Positions 10,922-21,081 of a stretch of 64,000 nt of DNA are shown here, piece by piece. Origin of the DNA: Bdellovibrionota bacterium. GTDB taxonomy: Bacteria > Bdellovibrionota_C > UBA2361 > OMII01. How positions within the stretch are numbered: position 1 is the stretch's first letter; the number at the start of each line of letters is the position of its first letter. The translations under genes were made by a program, and so were the position numbers. Location of the stretch: contig JBIKLA010000005.1 in assembly GCA_044360075.1 (NCBI GenBank), positions 84,095 to 148,094 of the forward strand, written 5' to 3'. Below the pieces are notes generated by a model, which saw nothing but the letters and a program-made list of their open reading frames with translations, was not told the DNA's origin and searched no databases.

Positions 10922-12015
10922 GGATTTCACGCGTCTTAAGGATCCTCGTGGCCGTTTCCAGCCTTGGAATCATTCCGGCACTTGCGTCGTGCTCACCTGG
11001 CTACGTGATGCGCGGGGCGTACGAGCAGGGCAAGATACTGCTCGGGCGGCGAGACATAAAAGAAGTGCTTCAGGACCCGGATGTGCCGGATGAGGATCGG
11101 GCCAAGCTTAAGCTCGTGCTTGAGGCGCGTGAGTATGCATCGTCTATCGGCCTAAAGATCGGCGGGTCTTTCACAACCTACAGCGATATCGGCAAGGACA
11201 CCCTTTCATGGATCGTCGTCGGTGCACGCAAGGACTCATTCACGCTCTACACATGGTGGTTCCCGATAGTGGGGGAGGTGCCGTACAAGGGTTTCTTTGA
11301 TCACGAGGATGCTCAGGATCAGGCGCGAGAGCTTGAGGTCGAAGGGTATGAGACGTGGGTGCGGGGAACTGACGCTTTCAGCACTCTGGGATGGTTCGAT
11401 GACCCAGTCCTCTCAACAACGCTCAAGAGCCCGCCCACCCGCATCTCTAACACGGTCATTCACGAGAGCGTTCACGCAACGGTGTGGATTCCGGGCAGCG
11501 TGCCTTTCAACGAAAGCTTGGCAAATTTTGTTGGCAACACGGCTAATGAGCAGTTCTTCGCTCAGAGGGTCGCCGCATGCGCAGCGCAGGAAGGCAAGGA
11601 CTGCACCCTTGAGCAGAACATGCTGACCGCCGCCCGGCGGGACACAGCCGTTCAGCTCGACCTTAGCGCCGGTGTAGAGGGGCTCTACAGCGCCCTCGCT
11701 GCGCTCTACAAGGATCCTTCGCTTACCTCAGAGCAGAAAGTTGCGCAGCGCGCTACCGTGTTCGACACCCACATCCTGCCGCTGCGCGCTAAGTATCCCA
11801 CCCTTCAGGCGTTGCAGCGGGTCAACAATGCTGAAATCATGCAGCTGCGAATCTACCTAACGGGTCTCGATCTCTTTAAGGCGCTTTATGAGCAGCAGGG
11901 AAGGGACTGGGGGCGATTTTTCGCCGAGATCGGCCAGATTAAGAGCCAAAGCGAAAGTGGCGAGAGGAGAGACCCCTTCGCTGCCCTCAAGGATAAAGTA
12001 GGAGCACCAGCATGA
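10918..12015 (+). CDS. predicted lipoprotein Zn-dependent aminopeptidase (PF10023-like)
   Basis: Signal peptide with lipobox LASC; HESVH (HExxH) motif; the ATG overlaps the pgpA stop (ATGA coupling). Confidence 0.55.
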   Translation: MRISRVLRILVAVSSLGIIPALASCSPGYVMRGAYEQGKILLGRRDIKEVLQDPDVPDEDRAKLKLVLEAREYASSIGLKIGGSFTTYSDIGKDTLSWIVVGARKDSFTLYTWWFPIVGEVPYKGFFDHEDAQDQARELEVEGYETWVRGTDAFSTLGWFDDPVLSTTLKSPPTRISNTVIHESVHATVWIPGSVPFNESLANFVGNTANEQFFAQRVAACAAQEGKDCTLEQNMLTAARRDTAVQLDLSAGVEGLYSALAALYKDPSLTSEQKVAQRATVFDTHILPLRAKYPTLQALQRVNNAEIMQLRIYLTGLDLFKALYEQQGRDWGRFFAEIGQIKSQSESGERRDPFAALKDKVGAPA

Positions 12016-12941
12016 AGGCCTTTGCGGACACACTTCAGGAGTCGATAGATGCCACCCAGAGCGTGCTTGTTGCCGGGTGTGATCCGGTAATCGACACCCT
12101 TCCCCCGTTTCTCCTGGCAGATGCTCAGGCGCGCTACAACAACGATGAGGCGATAATCGCGCACCTCCTTAACGCCTTTTGTGAGACGTTTCTTGCCGCT
12201 GTGGCAGGCCGCGTAGCAGCCATCAAGCCCAACATCGCATTCTTCGAGCAGTATGGGTTGGCGGGCCTGGCGGTGTTTGAAAAATTCTGCCGGGATATCC
12301 GTGAGAAGAAGATACCGCTCATCACTGATGCCAAGCGCGGTGATATTGGGTCGACCGCGGCCGCGTACAGTTCCGCGTTTCTTGGGCGCACGCCGTTTGC
12401 GGGGCACGAGTTCCGCGCCTTTGAAACGGACGCGCTGACAGTGAGCCCATACCTTGGATTCGACACCCTTGAGCCCTTCATGAAGGACTGCGCGGCCCAC
12501 GGAAAGGGGATTTTTGTGCTCGTGCAGACATCGAATCCGGGCGCCAAGGCGCTGCAAGGGCTCTCGGCGGGCGGCAAGACCGTTTCAGAGCACGTTGCCC
12601 ACTGGCTCGCCGAACAGGCTGAGAAGCTGCAGGGGGAGTGCGGGTGGTCTGGGCTTGGGGCGGTTGTCGGAGCCTCGTATCCGCAAGAGGCGAAGGACCT
12701 GCGGTCGATAATGAAGACGAACCTCTTCCTCATTCCAGGCTTGGGCGCTCAGGGTGCTGGAGCAGATGATGCCGTGGCCGGCTTCGGCGCGAGAAATGGA
12801 AAGCGCGGAGGAGCTCTCGTCAACGCCTCCCGTGGGCTTCTCGTCGGAGAGAGCGCAAGCCTCGAACAGATGATGCACGTCATTCGAGGCAACGCAGAGC
12901 GGTTTAATTCTGAGCTTCGCAGCGCCCTGAGCGGTCAGTAG
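12012..12941 (+). CDS. pyrF: orotidine-5'-phosphate decarboxylase (long type 2 form)
   Basis: DAKRGDIGSTAAAYS catalytic motif; ~309 aa, typical of type-2 OMP decarboxylase. Confidence 0.85.
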   Translation: MKAFADTLQESIDATQSVLVAGCDPVIDTLPPFLLADAQARYNNDEAIIAHLLNAFCETFLAAVAGRVAAIKPNIAFFEQYGLAGLAVFEKFCRDIREKKIPLITDAKRGDIGSTAAAYSSAFLGRTPFAGHEFRAFETDALTVSPYLGFDTLEPFMKDCAAHGKGIFVLVQTSNPGAKALQGLSAGGKTVSEHVAHWLAEQAEKLQGECGWSGLGAVVGASYPQEAKDLRSIMKTNLFLIPGLGAQGAGADDAVAGFGARNGKRGGALVNASRGLLVGESASLEQMMHVIRGNAERFNSELRSALSGQ

Positions 12942-13023
12942 GCTGTGCAAGAGGCGACAGCGGCTCCTGTTTTCACGCCCGTTACTCCTTCGGGTTTGAC
13001 ATTGGCTTCCTGCTCACGCACCA

Positions 13024-15129
13024 TTGAGGGCCATGGTGATCTTTCCCAAAGGCTCAAGTAAGGCCGCTCCCCCAAAAAATCCACCGTCCGATCCGCTCCT
13101 TGGTAGCTTCGTCGCCTACGAGGACAACGCGGCGCTCATTCTTGCCGTGGTAACCGGCTCGAAGAAGGACAAGCGCGTCATCTTCAACATTCGTGGCAGG
13201 GAGCTTGAGATCGCACAGAATCGGCTCTATGTGCTGCCTGGAAAGGAGGACGCCGGCGTTGCCAGCTCGGCGGCCCGACTTGAGAAGCTCAAAACCCTTC
13301 AGTCTCAGATAGACGCCGAAGCAGATGCGCTCAACGTGGCGGAGCTCTGGAGTTTTGTGCATGAAGATGTGCGGGCGTATTCGGTTGAGGATCTGTGCAA
13401 GAGCTACTTTGGGTCCAACGAACTCGCCAGGCATGCCGGGCTTCGCGCTGCCCTGATCCGGGAGAAAATCCACTTCAAGCGCGACAGGGATCTCTTCGAG
13501 CCGCGGCCCCAGGGCGTAGTCGATGATTTGCAGCGGGCTGAGGAGACAAAGCGCAAGAAGTCCCAGGTGCGTGAGGCAACTATAGAGTTCCTATCAAAGC
13601 GGATGAGGGATGGCTCTGTCCCGGTTCCTCACGAAGCCGAGGATAACATGCGGCTTATGGAGGAGGTTGCAGCTGGCATTCAGCATACCGATCCCGCACG
13701 CCAAAAGGAGGGCAGGGAGCTTGTGCATGCGGCCTGCGAAGCGCTCTCAATCGCACAGCACGCAAACATGGAGCGGCAGGCTTTTGAGCTTCTGCTCAAG
13801 GTGGGGCACTTTCACGAGGACACGAACCTTTCCCTTATCCGATACGGAATCCCAACCGGGCATGACGACGAGACCGTGCGCGAGGCGCGCGAGTGCGAGT
13901 TGCCTAGCAGCCTCGAAGCGTTTCCACCGCTCGAGCGGGAGCTGCGCGAGGACCTCACGCGCCTGCGCGCCCTGACGATCGATGACGCCTCCACGCAGGA
14001 CATGGACGATGCGCTGTCCCTTGAGCAGACGGCAGACGGCTGGGAGTTGGGGATCCATATAACCGACGTGACCTGCGCAGTCCTCCCCGAGACGCACCTC
14101 GACCGCTCTGCGCGCAGCCGCGCCACATCGCTTTACTGCGCCGACCGCACGATCAACATGCTGCCTGAGGAGCTTTCGGAGGAGAAAATCAGCCTGCGCC
14201 AAGGCACGGTCCGCCCGTGCCTCTCGGTGCTCGTGTCGCTTGATTCGGCCTTTGGCGTCAGGAGCTTCCGCCTCATCCCCTCGTTGGTAAAGGTTTCGCA
14301 GCGCTACACGTACGACGCGGTGGATGACCTGCTTGAGGTCGGGGATCCGACGCTCTCGATGCTCCATGACATAGCCGCCGCGTGTGAAGAGCGACGCATC
14401 CGAAGTGGCGCAGTGCGTGTCCAGAAGCGCGAGGCTGTTCCCTTCAAGGAAGCTGACGGTTCAATTCGGCTCCTTGAGATAGATGAGGACAGCCCGGCGC
14501 GGATACTCGTGTCGGAGATGATGGTGCTTGCCAACAATCTTATGGCTGAGTTTGCTGCGGAGCATCGCATCCCGGTGCTGTACCGCGGACAGGAGCGCCC
14601 CGAGGCGGTAGTGGTGGAGCAGCGGGAAGGGGCTCCGGAGGGTCCCGCCAAAGACTTTTCAGCTCGGACGAAGCTAAAGAAATCGACGGTGACCTTTGAG
14701 CCGCAGTACCATTCTGGCCTTGGGCTAAACGCATATATTCAGGCCACGTCCCCGATTCGGCGCTACCTCGACCTGTGCCACCAGCGTCAGTTTATTTCGT
14801 TTTTTAGGAGCTCAAAGCCGTGGGTCACGAGGCAGGAGCTTAGTCACATCTTTCATGAAGTCGAGGGCTCACTTCAGGCCGCAACCGTGGCGAGTCGCGA
14901 GACCCGCCGCTACTGGCTCATGCGGTATCTTGAGAAGCGCGACAGGACGACGCCAGTGATGGGGACGGTCGTTCGTCTCGACCTCAAGACGCCGCTTGTC
15001 GAGCTCGATGAGGTATACATTACCGTTTTTGCCCGCGTGCCGAAGGGAACTCGCATCGGCGCTCACCTACCGTTCAGGATCGCGGCTATCGACCCGAGAG
15101 CTGACTTTATAAGGCTGGAGGCTGTCTAA
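13024..15129 (+). CDS. RNase II/R-family 3'-5' exoribonuclease (RNB domain; no obvious N-terminal cold-shock domain)
   Basis: RNB motifs (IDDASTQDMDDALS, GIHITDV, S1-like C-terminus). The listed start at 13024 is a TTG; an ATG at 13033 is the alternative. Confidence 0.8.
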   Translation: MRAMVIFPKGSSKAAPPKNPPSDPLLGSFVAYEDNAALILAVVTGSKKDKRVIFNIRGRELEIAQNRLYVLPGKEDAGVASSAARLEKLKTLQSQIDAEADALNVAELWSFVHEDVRAYSVEDLCKSYFGSNELARHAGLRAALIREKIHFKRDRDLFEPRPQGVVDDLQRAEETKRKKSQVREATIEFLSKRMRDGSVPVPHEAEDNMRLMEEVAAGIQHTDPARQKEGRELVHAACEALSIAQHANMERQAFELLLKVGHFHEDTNLSLIRYGIPTGHDDETVREARECELPSSLEAFPPLERELREDLTRLRALTIDDASTQDMDDALSLEQTADGWELGIHITDVTCAVLPETHLDRSARSRATSLYCADRTINMLPEELSEEKISLRQGTVRPCLSVLVSLDSAFGVRSFRLIPSLVKVSQRYTYDAVDDLLEVGDPTLSMLHDIAAACEERRIRSGAVRVQKREAVPFKEADGSIRLLEIDEDSPARILVSEMMVLANNLMAEFAAEHRIPVLYRGQERPEAVVVEQREGAPEGPAKDFSARTKLKKSTVTFEPQYHSGLGLNAYIQATSPIRRYLDLCHQRQFISFFRSSKPWVTRQELSHIFHEVEGSLQAATVASRETRRYWLMRYLEKRDRTTPVMGTVVRLDLKTPLVELDEVYITVFARVPKGTRIGAHLPFRIAAIDPRADFIRLEAV

Positions 15130-15162
15130 GCAGCGCTCCAGCCGCGTCCCGTGATGCCCGGC

Positions 15163-17635
15163 TTACTTGCACACCGTTTCGGTGGTCGGCAGCTCGTTGA
15201 GGTTATCCAAGCCCTTGCGCTCTAGTTCCTTGGCTTTGCGAACGAGCGCGTCACGTCTGTTGGTCGAGCCGGTCTTGCGGAAGTACGCGCGGGCGATCGT
15301 TCGCTGCGCCTGGTTACGGGCGCTCGCAATGAGGCCCTTGAGCCGGGCGATGGTTTCTGTCCTGTCGACGGTCTCGCAATAAAGCGGCGCCTCTGGACAG
15401 TTTTTGATTACATCCGGGAATTGGATGGTTAAGCGGTTGGAGGCGGCAACAAATCCGTCCGCCTTGGCGCGTGCGCGCTGTGCGTCAGCTGCGGCACTAC
15501 CAGAGTCTTCTTCCGACGCCGCTTCAAGCACGTCTGCGGCCTCTTTTGTCAGGTTCGCAAGCTGAACCGTAATTTCGTCAAGCTCCCCTCGAGCTGCCCC
15601 GACAGCCGTATCGACACACTGGCCGTCACACACAGGAAGGCTTTCGTCCGCAACGGCTTTCCTGCCGTTGAGGTTCCAGTCTACCTGGGCTCCCGTCGAC
15701 GGAATGGTCACGTTGAAGAGGCCGGGATTGAGCCCAGAGAAGAAGACCGAGGGCTGGCCTCGGAAAGCCGGCACCGGTGCCATGAAGTTAAGGCCCCCTA
15801 CAGGGATCTCAACCGGGAACGGGTTGGGATTGCTGTATCCCGCCTTCGCCGTCAGCACTTGGTTGTTGAACCCCCGGCACGAGAACGCCGGCTCAACCAT
15901 TTGGCACTTTGGTGTTGATGCCGAGGCAGTGGCACGGGACTCAGCAGAGCGCGGGGCGCGAACGGTCCATGTGATCTCCGCCTCGCTGAACGATATCGCG
16001 ACGAGGCCCTTTTGGACCCCTGGCGCAAAAGCGGTCGGTTGCCCACGATCCTCTGCGCCGCTTGTGAAGCGATTAGTGACGACCGGCAAGCCGGACGACC
16101 CAACCGACATGAAAAACGTTTCCTGAGTCGTGTTGTTGTAGCTGAAGTAAGCCATACGGGAGCCATCGATATTATCCATGACACACTCAACCGAAAGGGA
16201 AAGCAGCGTACTATCGTCTCCCTCGTTGTTGTCTTGCGAGCTTGAGCAGCCGCCGTCAGCGAGGTCAGGCGCGCCATCAGCGTCGTTGTCGACCCCGTCC
16301 TGGCACTGGGCTTTCGGCGAGGATTCATCGCGGTCCTGCGGGCTTGAGCAGCTAAAGTCAGACGGGAAGTCAGCGGCACCATCGCCGTCGTTGTCGACCC
16401 CGTCCTGGCATTGGGAGGTGCCATCGCTCTCGTTGTCATCCTGCCTGCTTGAGCACCCCGGATCATTCAAGTCCGTCATGCCATCGTTGTCGTTGTCGAC
16501 GCCGTCTTGGCAGCTTGCCTTGGGCAGCGCCTCGTCGTTGTCCAGGGCACTTGAGCAGCTAAAGTCCGCCGGGTAGTCAGCCGCACCATCGTTGTCGTTG
16601 TCGAGGCCGTCCCGGCACTGCGGGGTGCCGTCTCCCTCGTTGTTGTCCTGGTTGCTGGAGCATCCAGGGTCATTAGAGTCGGTGACGCCGTCGTTGTCGT
16701 TGTCCACGCCATCTTGGCATTGAGACTTCGGTGAGCTCTCGTCGGTGTCCTGCGAGCTTGAGCAGCTAAAGTCCGCTGGGTAGTCAGCTGCGCCATCGTT
16801 GTCGTTATCGATGCCGTCCTGGCATTGAGACCGTGGCGAGCTCTCGTCGGGATCCTGGGGACTTGAGCAACTAGCGTCAGCCGGGAAGTCGGTTGCACCA
16901 TCGTTATCGTTGTCGATACCGTCCTGGCACTGCGACTTCGGCGAGCTCTCGTTGGTGTCCTGCGGGCTTGAGCAGCTAAAGTCAGCTGGATAGTCAGCCG
17001 CACCATCGTTATCGTTGTCGATGCCGTCCTGGCACTGCGAGGTGCCATCACCCTCGTTATTGCCTTGGTTGCTCGAGCACCCCGGATCATTGAGGTCGGT
17101 CAGGCCGTCCCCGTCGTTGTCGGCGCCGTCCTGGCACTGTGGCCGTGGATTCGCCTCGTCGTTGTCGCTTGCACTTGAGCAGCTGGTGTCCGCCGGGTAG
17201 TCGCGGGCGCCGTCGCCATCGTTGTCAATCCCATCGGCGCAAGCAGGAGTAACGCAATTGCACTGTACGTTCGTGACGTTGGCAGGATTACCAACCGCCT
17301 TCGCATTGGAGAGAACCTTTTGCTCGCCCGCCTCTCGGGCCGCAAAGTAGCAGTGAGTGTTGTTACCGGGGCTGCGGAAGGTGCCCGTGAGTACCGCCGA
17401 GTAGGTGAGAGACTCCCTGCTCGCAGCGCCGAGGGCAACCCGGCAAACCTCGCGAATCTCTTTGTCTTGGGCACTGACGCCGTCACAGCCCGCAACTCCG
17501 AAGTAGTTTTTTGCCTGGTAGTATCCGACGTATATGCTCTGGATCGCGCACTGGGCTTGGGCAATTTGCGGGATTAGTGAGCTGGACAAGACAGAAAGGA
17601 TCAGAGCCTTGAGGAGCTTAGGAGTACGCATCATG
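15163..17635 (-). CDS. secreted Ca-binding repeat protein (10 thrombospondin-type-3-like DxDxDG repeats, Cys-rich)
   Basis: Signal peptide MMRTPKLLKALILSVLSSSLIPQIAQA; alternating 34/35-aa repeats CQDG(I/V)DNDNDG...; the ATG start at 17633-17635 was chosen rather than the upstream in-frame extension. Confidence 0.7.
16200..17240. repeat. ~1-kb tandem DNA repeat (period ~105/210 bp) encoding the TSP3-like protein repeats
   Basis: The visible nucleotide periodicity matches the 34/35-aa alternating protein repeats. Confidence 0.7.
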
Positions 17636-18045
17636 GGATATCTCACGCGATAAACAACTTTGGAGCAACGATACAACAGTTGGCGGAAACCGACCGAAAC
17701 CAGGCGCAACAACCCAAAAAACCACGATTGAAATAATCCGATTGGGGCAAAAGAGCAAATCACAGGTGACTTTTGTTACCAACCAATTTTCCCTCTGTAG
17801 CCAGGCTCCACGCCCACCGAAGCCACAAGCCAGCCGTCCCCCAAACGGCCGCAAGCCGAGGAGGAGATGAGCACGAGCGGTGGACAGAAGATACACGTCC
17901 CCCTAGCGTCCCGGAGAACGCGTGAGCGGTGTGGATGGTGTGCCTACGCCCTGAAGACGTTGGCGAGCTTCGGCATAGACGGGGGGAACAGCCCGGGCGG
18001 ATCGCGCACAGAGGTGCCTCCCTGGTGCCATCTCTCTCTAGGCGA

Positions 18046-18470
18046 ACAAAGTAGCCCGGCTACAGGCGAAGAGGGGGAGGCGAGTCGTCCGGCTACATAC
18101 AGGAAAGGCGAAGGCGAAGTAGCCCGGCTACATGCAGATGCAGAGATGCAGAGTAGTAGCCCGGCTACAGGCGAGGGAGTAGCCCGGCCACATACAGGCG
18201 GACATACAGGCGCAGGCCCACCTGCAGGCGCGAGAAATATAGTTGTTTCATTAGCTTAGTCTTGCAGAGTAGTAGCCCGGCTACAGGCGAATACAGGCGA
18301 GGCGAGTAGCCCGGCTACAGGCGAAGGCGAAGGCGAAGTAGCCCGGCTACATGCAGATGCAGAGATGCAGGGTAGTAGCCCGGCTACATACAGGCGGACA
18401 TACAGGAGCAAGGAGCAGGCCCACCTGCAGGCGCGAGAAGTGTAGTTGTTTCATTAGCTTAGTCTTCTGG
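18046..18470. repeat. array of nine GTAGC-CYG-GCTAC near-palindromic 13-nt motifs at 32-37 bp spacing, including a ~212-bp tandem duplication
   Basis: The motif AGTAGCCCGGCTACA recurs at ~18050, 18085 (degenerate), 18118, 18155, 18180, 18271, 18306, 18338 and 18374. The block 18100-18262 is repeated at 18312-18470. Confidence 0.75.
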
Positions 18471-18545
18471 CGGCACGCTAAGGCCTGGAGGTTCCATATC
18501 GTTTGGGTCAGTTTCTTTTTTTCGACCCTCTGTTGAGGAAGATGT

Positions 18546-21059
18546 ATGACTCAGGACCACGACCAGCGGCCAAAAGGCGGTGCTGGGCAAGACCGGGATC
18601 GGCAGTCAGCTCGTCATGAGGCGGGAACCCCCGCCCCGTTGGACCTATCTGCGGCAACCGGCGTTGGCGAAGCGTGCACGACGGCCTCCGTACTGCGCAA
18701 GTTGCACGCCTACCTTAATGATGCCGAGAAGGGAGCAGCCTCCGTGCTTCGGGACCCGCAGGTCGGCGTTGTGCAGGATCTCCACGAGTTTTATCGCCAG
18801 GACAAGACGTGGGGATTTATCAAGCTTCCGACTGGGTCCGGCAAGACGGTCATCTTTGCTGAGATCGCTGAGGCACTTAATCTTCCGACCCTCGTCGTCG
18901 TGCCCAAGATTGGAATAGGGGACCAAACTGTTAACACCTTCCGCAAGTTCGCCCCTGACATGAAGGTCTCCCCGATTTTTGCGGGACAGCACGACGACAG
19001 TGGGCAGGTAGTTGTGACTACCTACCAGTATCTTGCGCAGGCAGCTCAGGATGGTCGGCTCGACCTCTCGCGATTTCAGTTTGTGATTCTCGACGAGGCA
19101 CATAAAAGTCTCGGCACCGAGATGCTTAAGGTCCTTGAAAGCATAGAGGACTCAACGAGAGTGCTCGGCTTCACTGCGACCGACACGTACAACGAGGAGA
19201 AGAACCTTGAGGCGCTGCTCGGTGAGTGCATATCCGACATGCCTATCTCGAGCGCCGTAAAACTGGGAATGCTGACACCGATCTCCGTCATCGTGGCGAA
19301 GACCACCATCGACGTAAGCGACGTGGAGATTAAAGCTAGTGGCGAGTACGACGAGCGCGCTCTCGAAAAGCGCATTCTGGCTGCCGGAATAAACAAGGCC
19401 TGCCTCGACACGTACAAAGCCGGCTTTGACGGCAAGAGCGCCATCGCTTTCTGCACGAGTGTTGCGCACGCCGAGGAGGCCGCAGAGATTTTCAACGAAA
19501 GCGGAGTCCCTTCTGCGGCGGTGAGCGGCTCGTTATCGCGAAAGGAGCAGGCGCGCATCCTTGAGGAGTACCGCAGCGGAAAGATAAAGGTTCTCTTTAA
19601 CGCTGACCTACTCATCGAGGGATTCGACGCGGAGATTGCCTCGGTGTGCCTCAACATGGCGCCGACCGGCTCGCTAATCGTAGCAGAGCAGAGAGCTGGC
19701 CGGGCGTTTCGCCTCAATCCGGGCGACTCGAGCAAGGTGGGATACGTCGTCGAATTCGTTTACGACGATGCGCGGCGACAGTCGCCGGTAATTCTCTACT
19801 CGGACATCATCGGCGGGACCGCCTGCCCACCGCCCGGGCAGTTGGCAAGCGCCGCAAAGGCAGAGATGGACTCAACGATTGAGAAGCTTAGCCGCTCTCA
19901 GATCGAGGGACTCACCATACACGTCGACGCAAGCTCCGTTCTTGAGATCGCAGCGAAGCTTAAACCTGCAACGTTCGTTGCATCTCCCCCGGATGGCTGG
20001 ATTTCGACGTCTGAGCTTGGGCGCTCCCTGCGCGCATCCCTCTCTACCGTCATGAAGATGATCAGCACCCTCACGCCGGAGGAGGAAAAGAGAGTGCCCC
20101 TCGACCAGCACTGCGGCCACTATCGCGCCCCGTCCACCGGACGGCTGTCGCTCCATTGCTCACCTGAATTGGCCGAACTCATTGCAGCCAAGCGCCGAGA
20201 GTTTGAGCCCCCGCAGGGATGGATGACCATAACTGCCATCGCAGAGCTCTTTTCGGTGCCTCCCAGTAAGGTTCAGCCGGTGCTTCGGGAGGTTGCAGCG
20301 GGCAGTCCCGACATGATTCGGCAGTACGCTATTCGGCGTGGCGGCCTGCGTGAGCACTACTCACCCGAGTGCATAGAAGCCGCGCGTGAGCATCTGCGGG
20401 TCAATCCAGAGAAGTTGCCGATGTTTTCTTCGGCTTCCGTTGCATCCAAGTGCAAGGTTCCTGACTTTGTGATGAGGTCATGGGTGCGCGAGCTGGTTGA
20501 AAGTGGGGAGCTGTACGAGGTTATTAAGCTCAGCAAGACCGGCAAGCCGACGTTGCGCATTACCCAGCAGCCAGGCGCTGAGAAGAAGATGCGCGATAAG
20601 GCGATCGCGTTTCATGGGCGTGACCTCGAGCAGGAGCGCTCACTGGATGAGATCGCGAAGGACATGAATGTAGGTGTCTCCAAGGTTGCCGACGCTCTTG
20701 CGCGCCGTTTTGGAAGGGCGCCGCAGCCCTCAGACACGTCAGTTCCGCTGGATCTTGAGGAGCCCCTGAAGCGCATAGTGGCGTCTGAGTCGACGGGACC
20801 ACTGCCGGAGTGGGTGATGTCAAACGACCTCGCTAGAGAGGCCCAAGACATGCTGTCGTCCTTTCCCATAGCAACCGGCATTGCTAGGAACATCATTCAA
20901 AAACGGCTGGACGCTCTCATCAGCCGCCTTCCCGAGTATCACCGACTTCCATTTCGTGATCCCGCTTCGGGAGCCACACGCGACTACTACTCGCCGCAGT
21001 TCTCCAAGCTTTTCCTGGACCCTGAGCACTGGCGTGATCTCGCCGAAGAGTATCAGTAA
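18546..21059 (+). CDS. SF2 DEAH-box helicase (Res/XPB-like core) with a ~400-aa uncharacterised C-terminal region
   Basis: Walker A LPTGSGKT, motif II ILDEAHKS, motif VI QRAGRAFR; the C-terminal half has no recognisable motifs. Confidence 0.75.
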   Translation: MTQDHDQRPKGGAGQDRDRQSARHEAGTPAPLDLSAATGVGEACTTASVLRKLHAYLNDAEKGAASVLRDPQVGVVQDLHEFYRQDKTWGFIKLPTGSGKTVIFAEIAEALNLPTLVVVPKIGIGDQTVNTFRKFAPDMKVSPIFAGQHDDSGQVVVTTYQYLAQAAQDGRLDLSRFQFVILDEAHKSLGTEMLKVLESIEDSTRVLGFTATDTYNEEKNLEALLGECISDMPISSAVKLGMLTPISVIVAKTTIDVSDVEIKASGEYDERALEKRILAAGINKACLDTYKAGFDGKSAIAFCTSVAHAEEAAEIFNESGVPSAAVSGSLSRKEQARILEEYRSGKIKVLFNADLLIEGFDAEIASVCLNMAPTGSLIVAEQRAGRAFRLNPGDSSKVGYVVEFVYDDARRQSPVILYSDIIGGTACPPPGQLASAAKAEMDSTIEKLSRSQIEGLTIHVDASSVLEIAAKLKPATFVASPPDGWISTSELGRSLRASLSTVMKMISTLTPEEEKRVPLDQHCGHYRAPSTGRLSLHCSPELAELIAAKRREFEPPQGWMTITAIAELFSVPPSKVQPVLREVAAGSPDMIRQYAIRRGGLREHYSPECIEAAREHLRVNPEKLPMFSSASVASKCKVPDFVMRSWVRELVESGELYEVIKLSKTGKPTLRITQQPGAEKKMRDKAIAFHGRDLEQERSLDEIAKDMNVGVSKVADALARRFGRAPQPSDTSVPLDLEEPLKRIVASESTGPLPEWVMSNDLAREAQDMLSSFPIATGIARNIIQKRLDALISRLPEYHRLPFRDPASGATRDYYSPQFSKLFLDPEHWRDLAEEYQ

Positions 21060-21081
21060 GCGCCAAGCGGCGCATCATTCC

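Noticed and set aside
17867-18259. 130-aa ORF with a strong AGGAGG SD overlapping the motif array
   Set aside because: The sequence is low-complexity and driven by the DNA repeats (SSPATGE...). It is not credible as a protein without expression evidence, though the SD is noted.
18046-18470. CRISPR array
   Set aside because: The repeat unit is only ~13 nt, the intervening units are low-complexity and partly identical to each other, and there are no cas genes. This fits operator or iteron-like repeats better.
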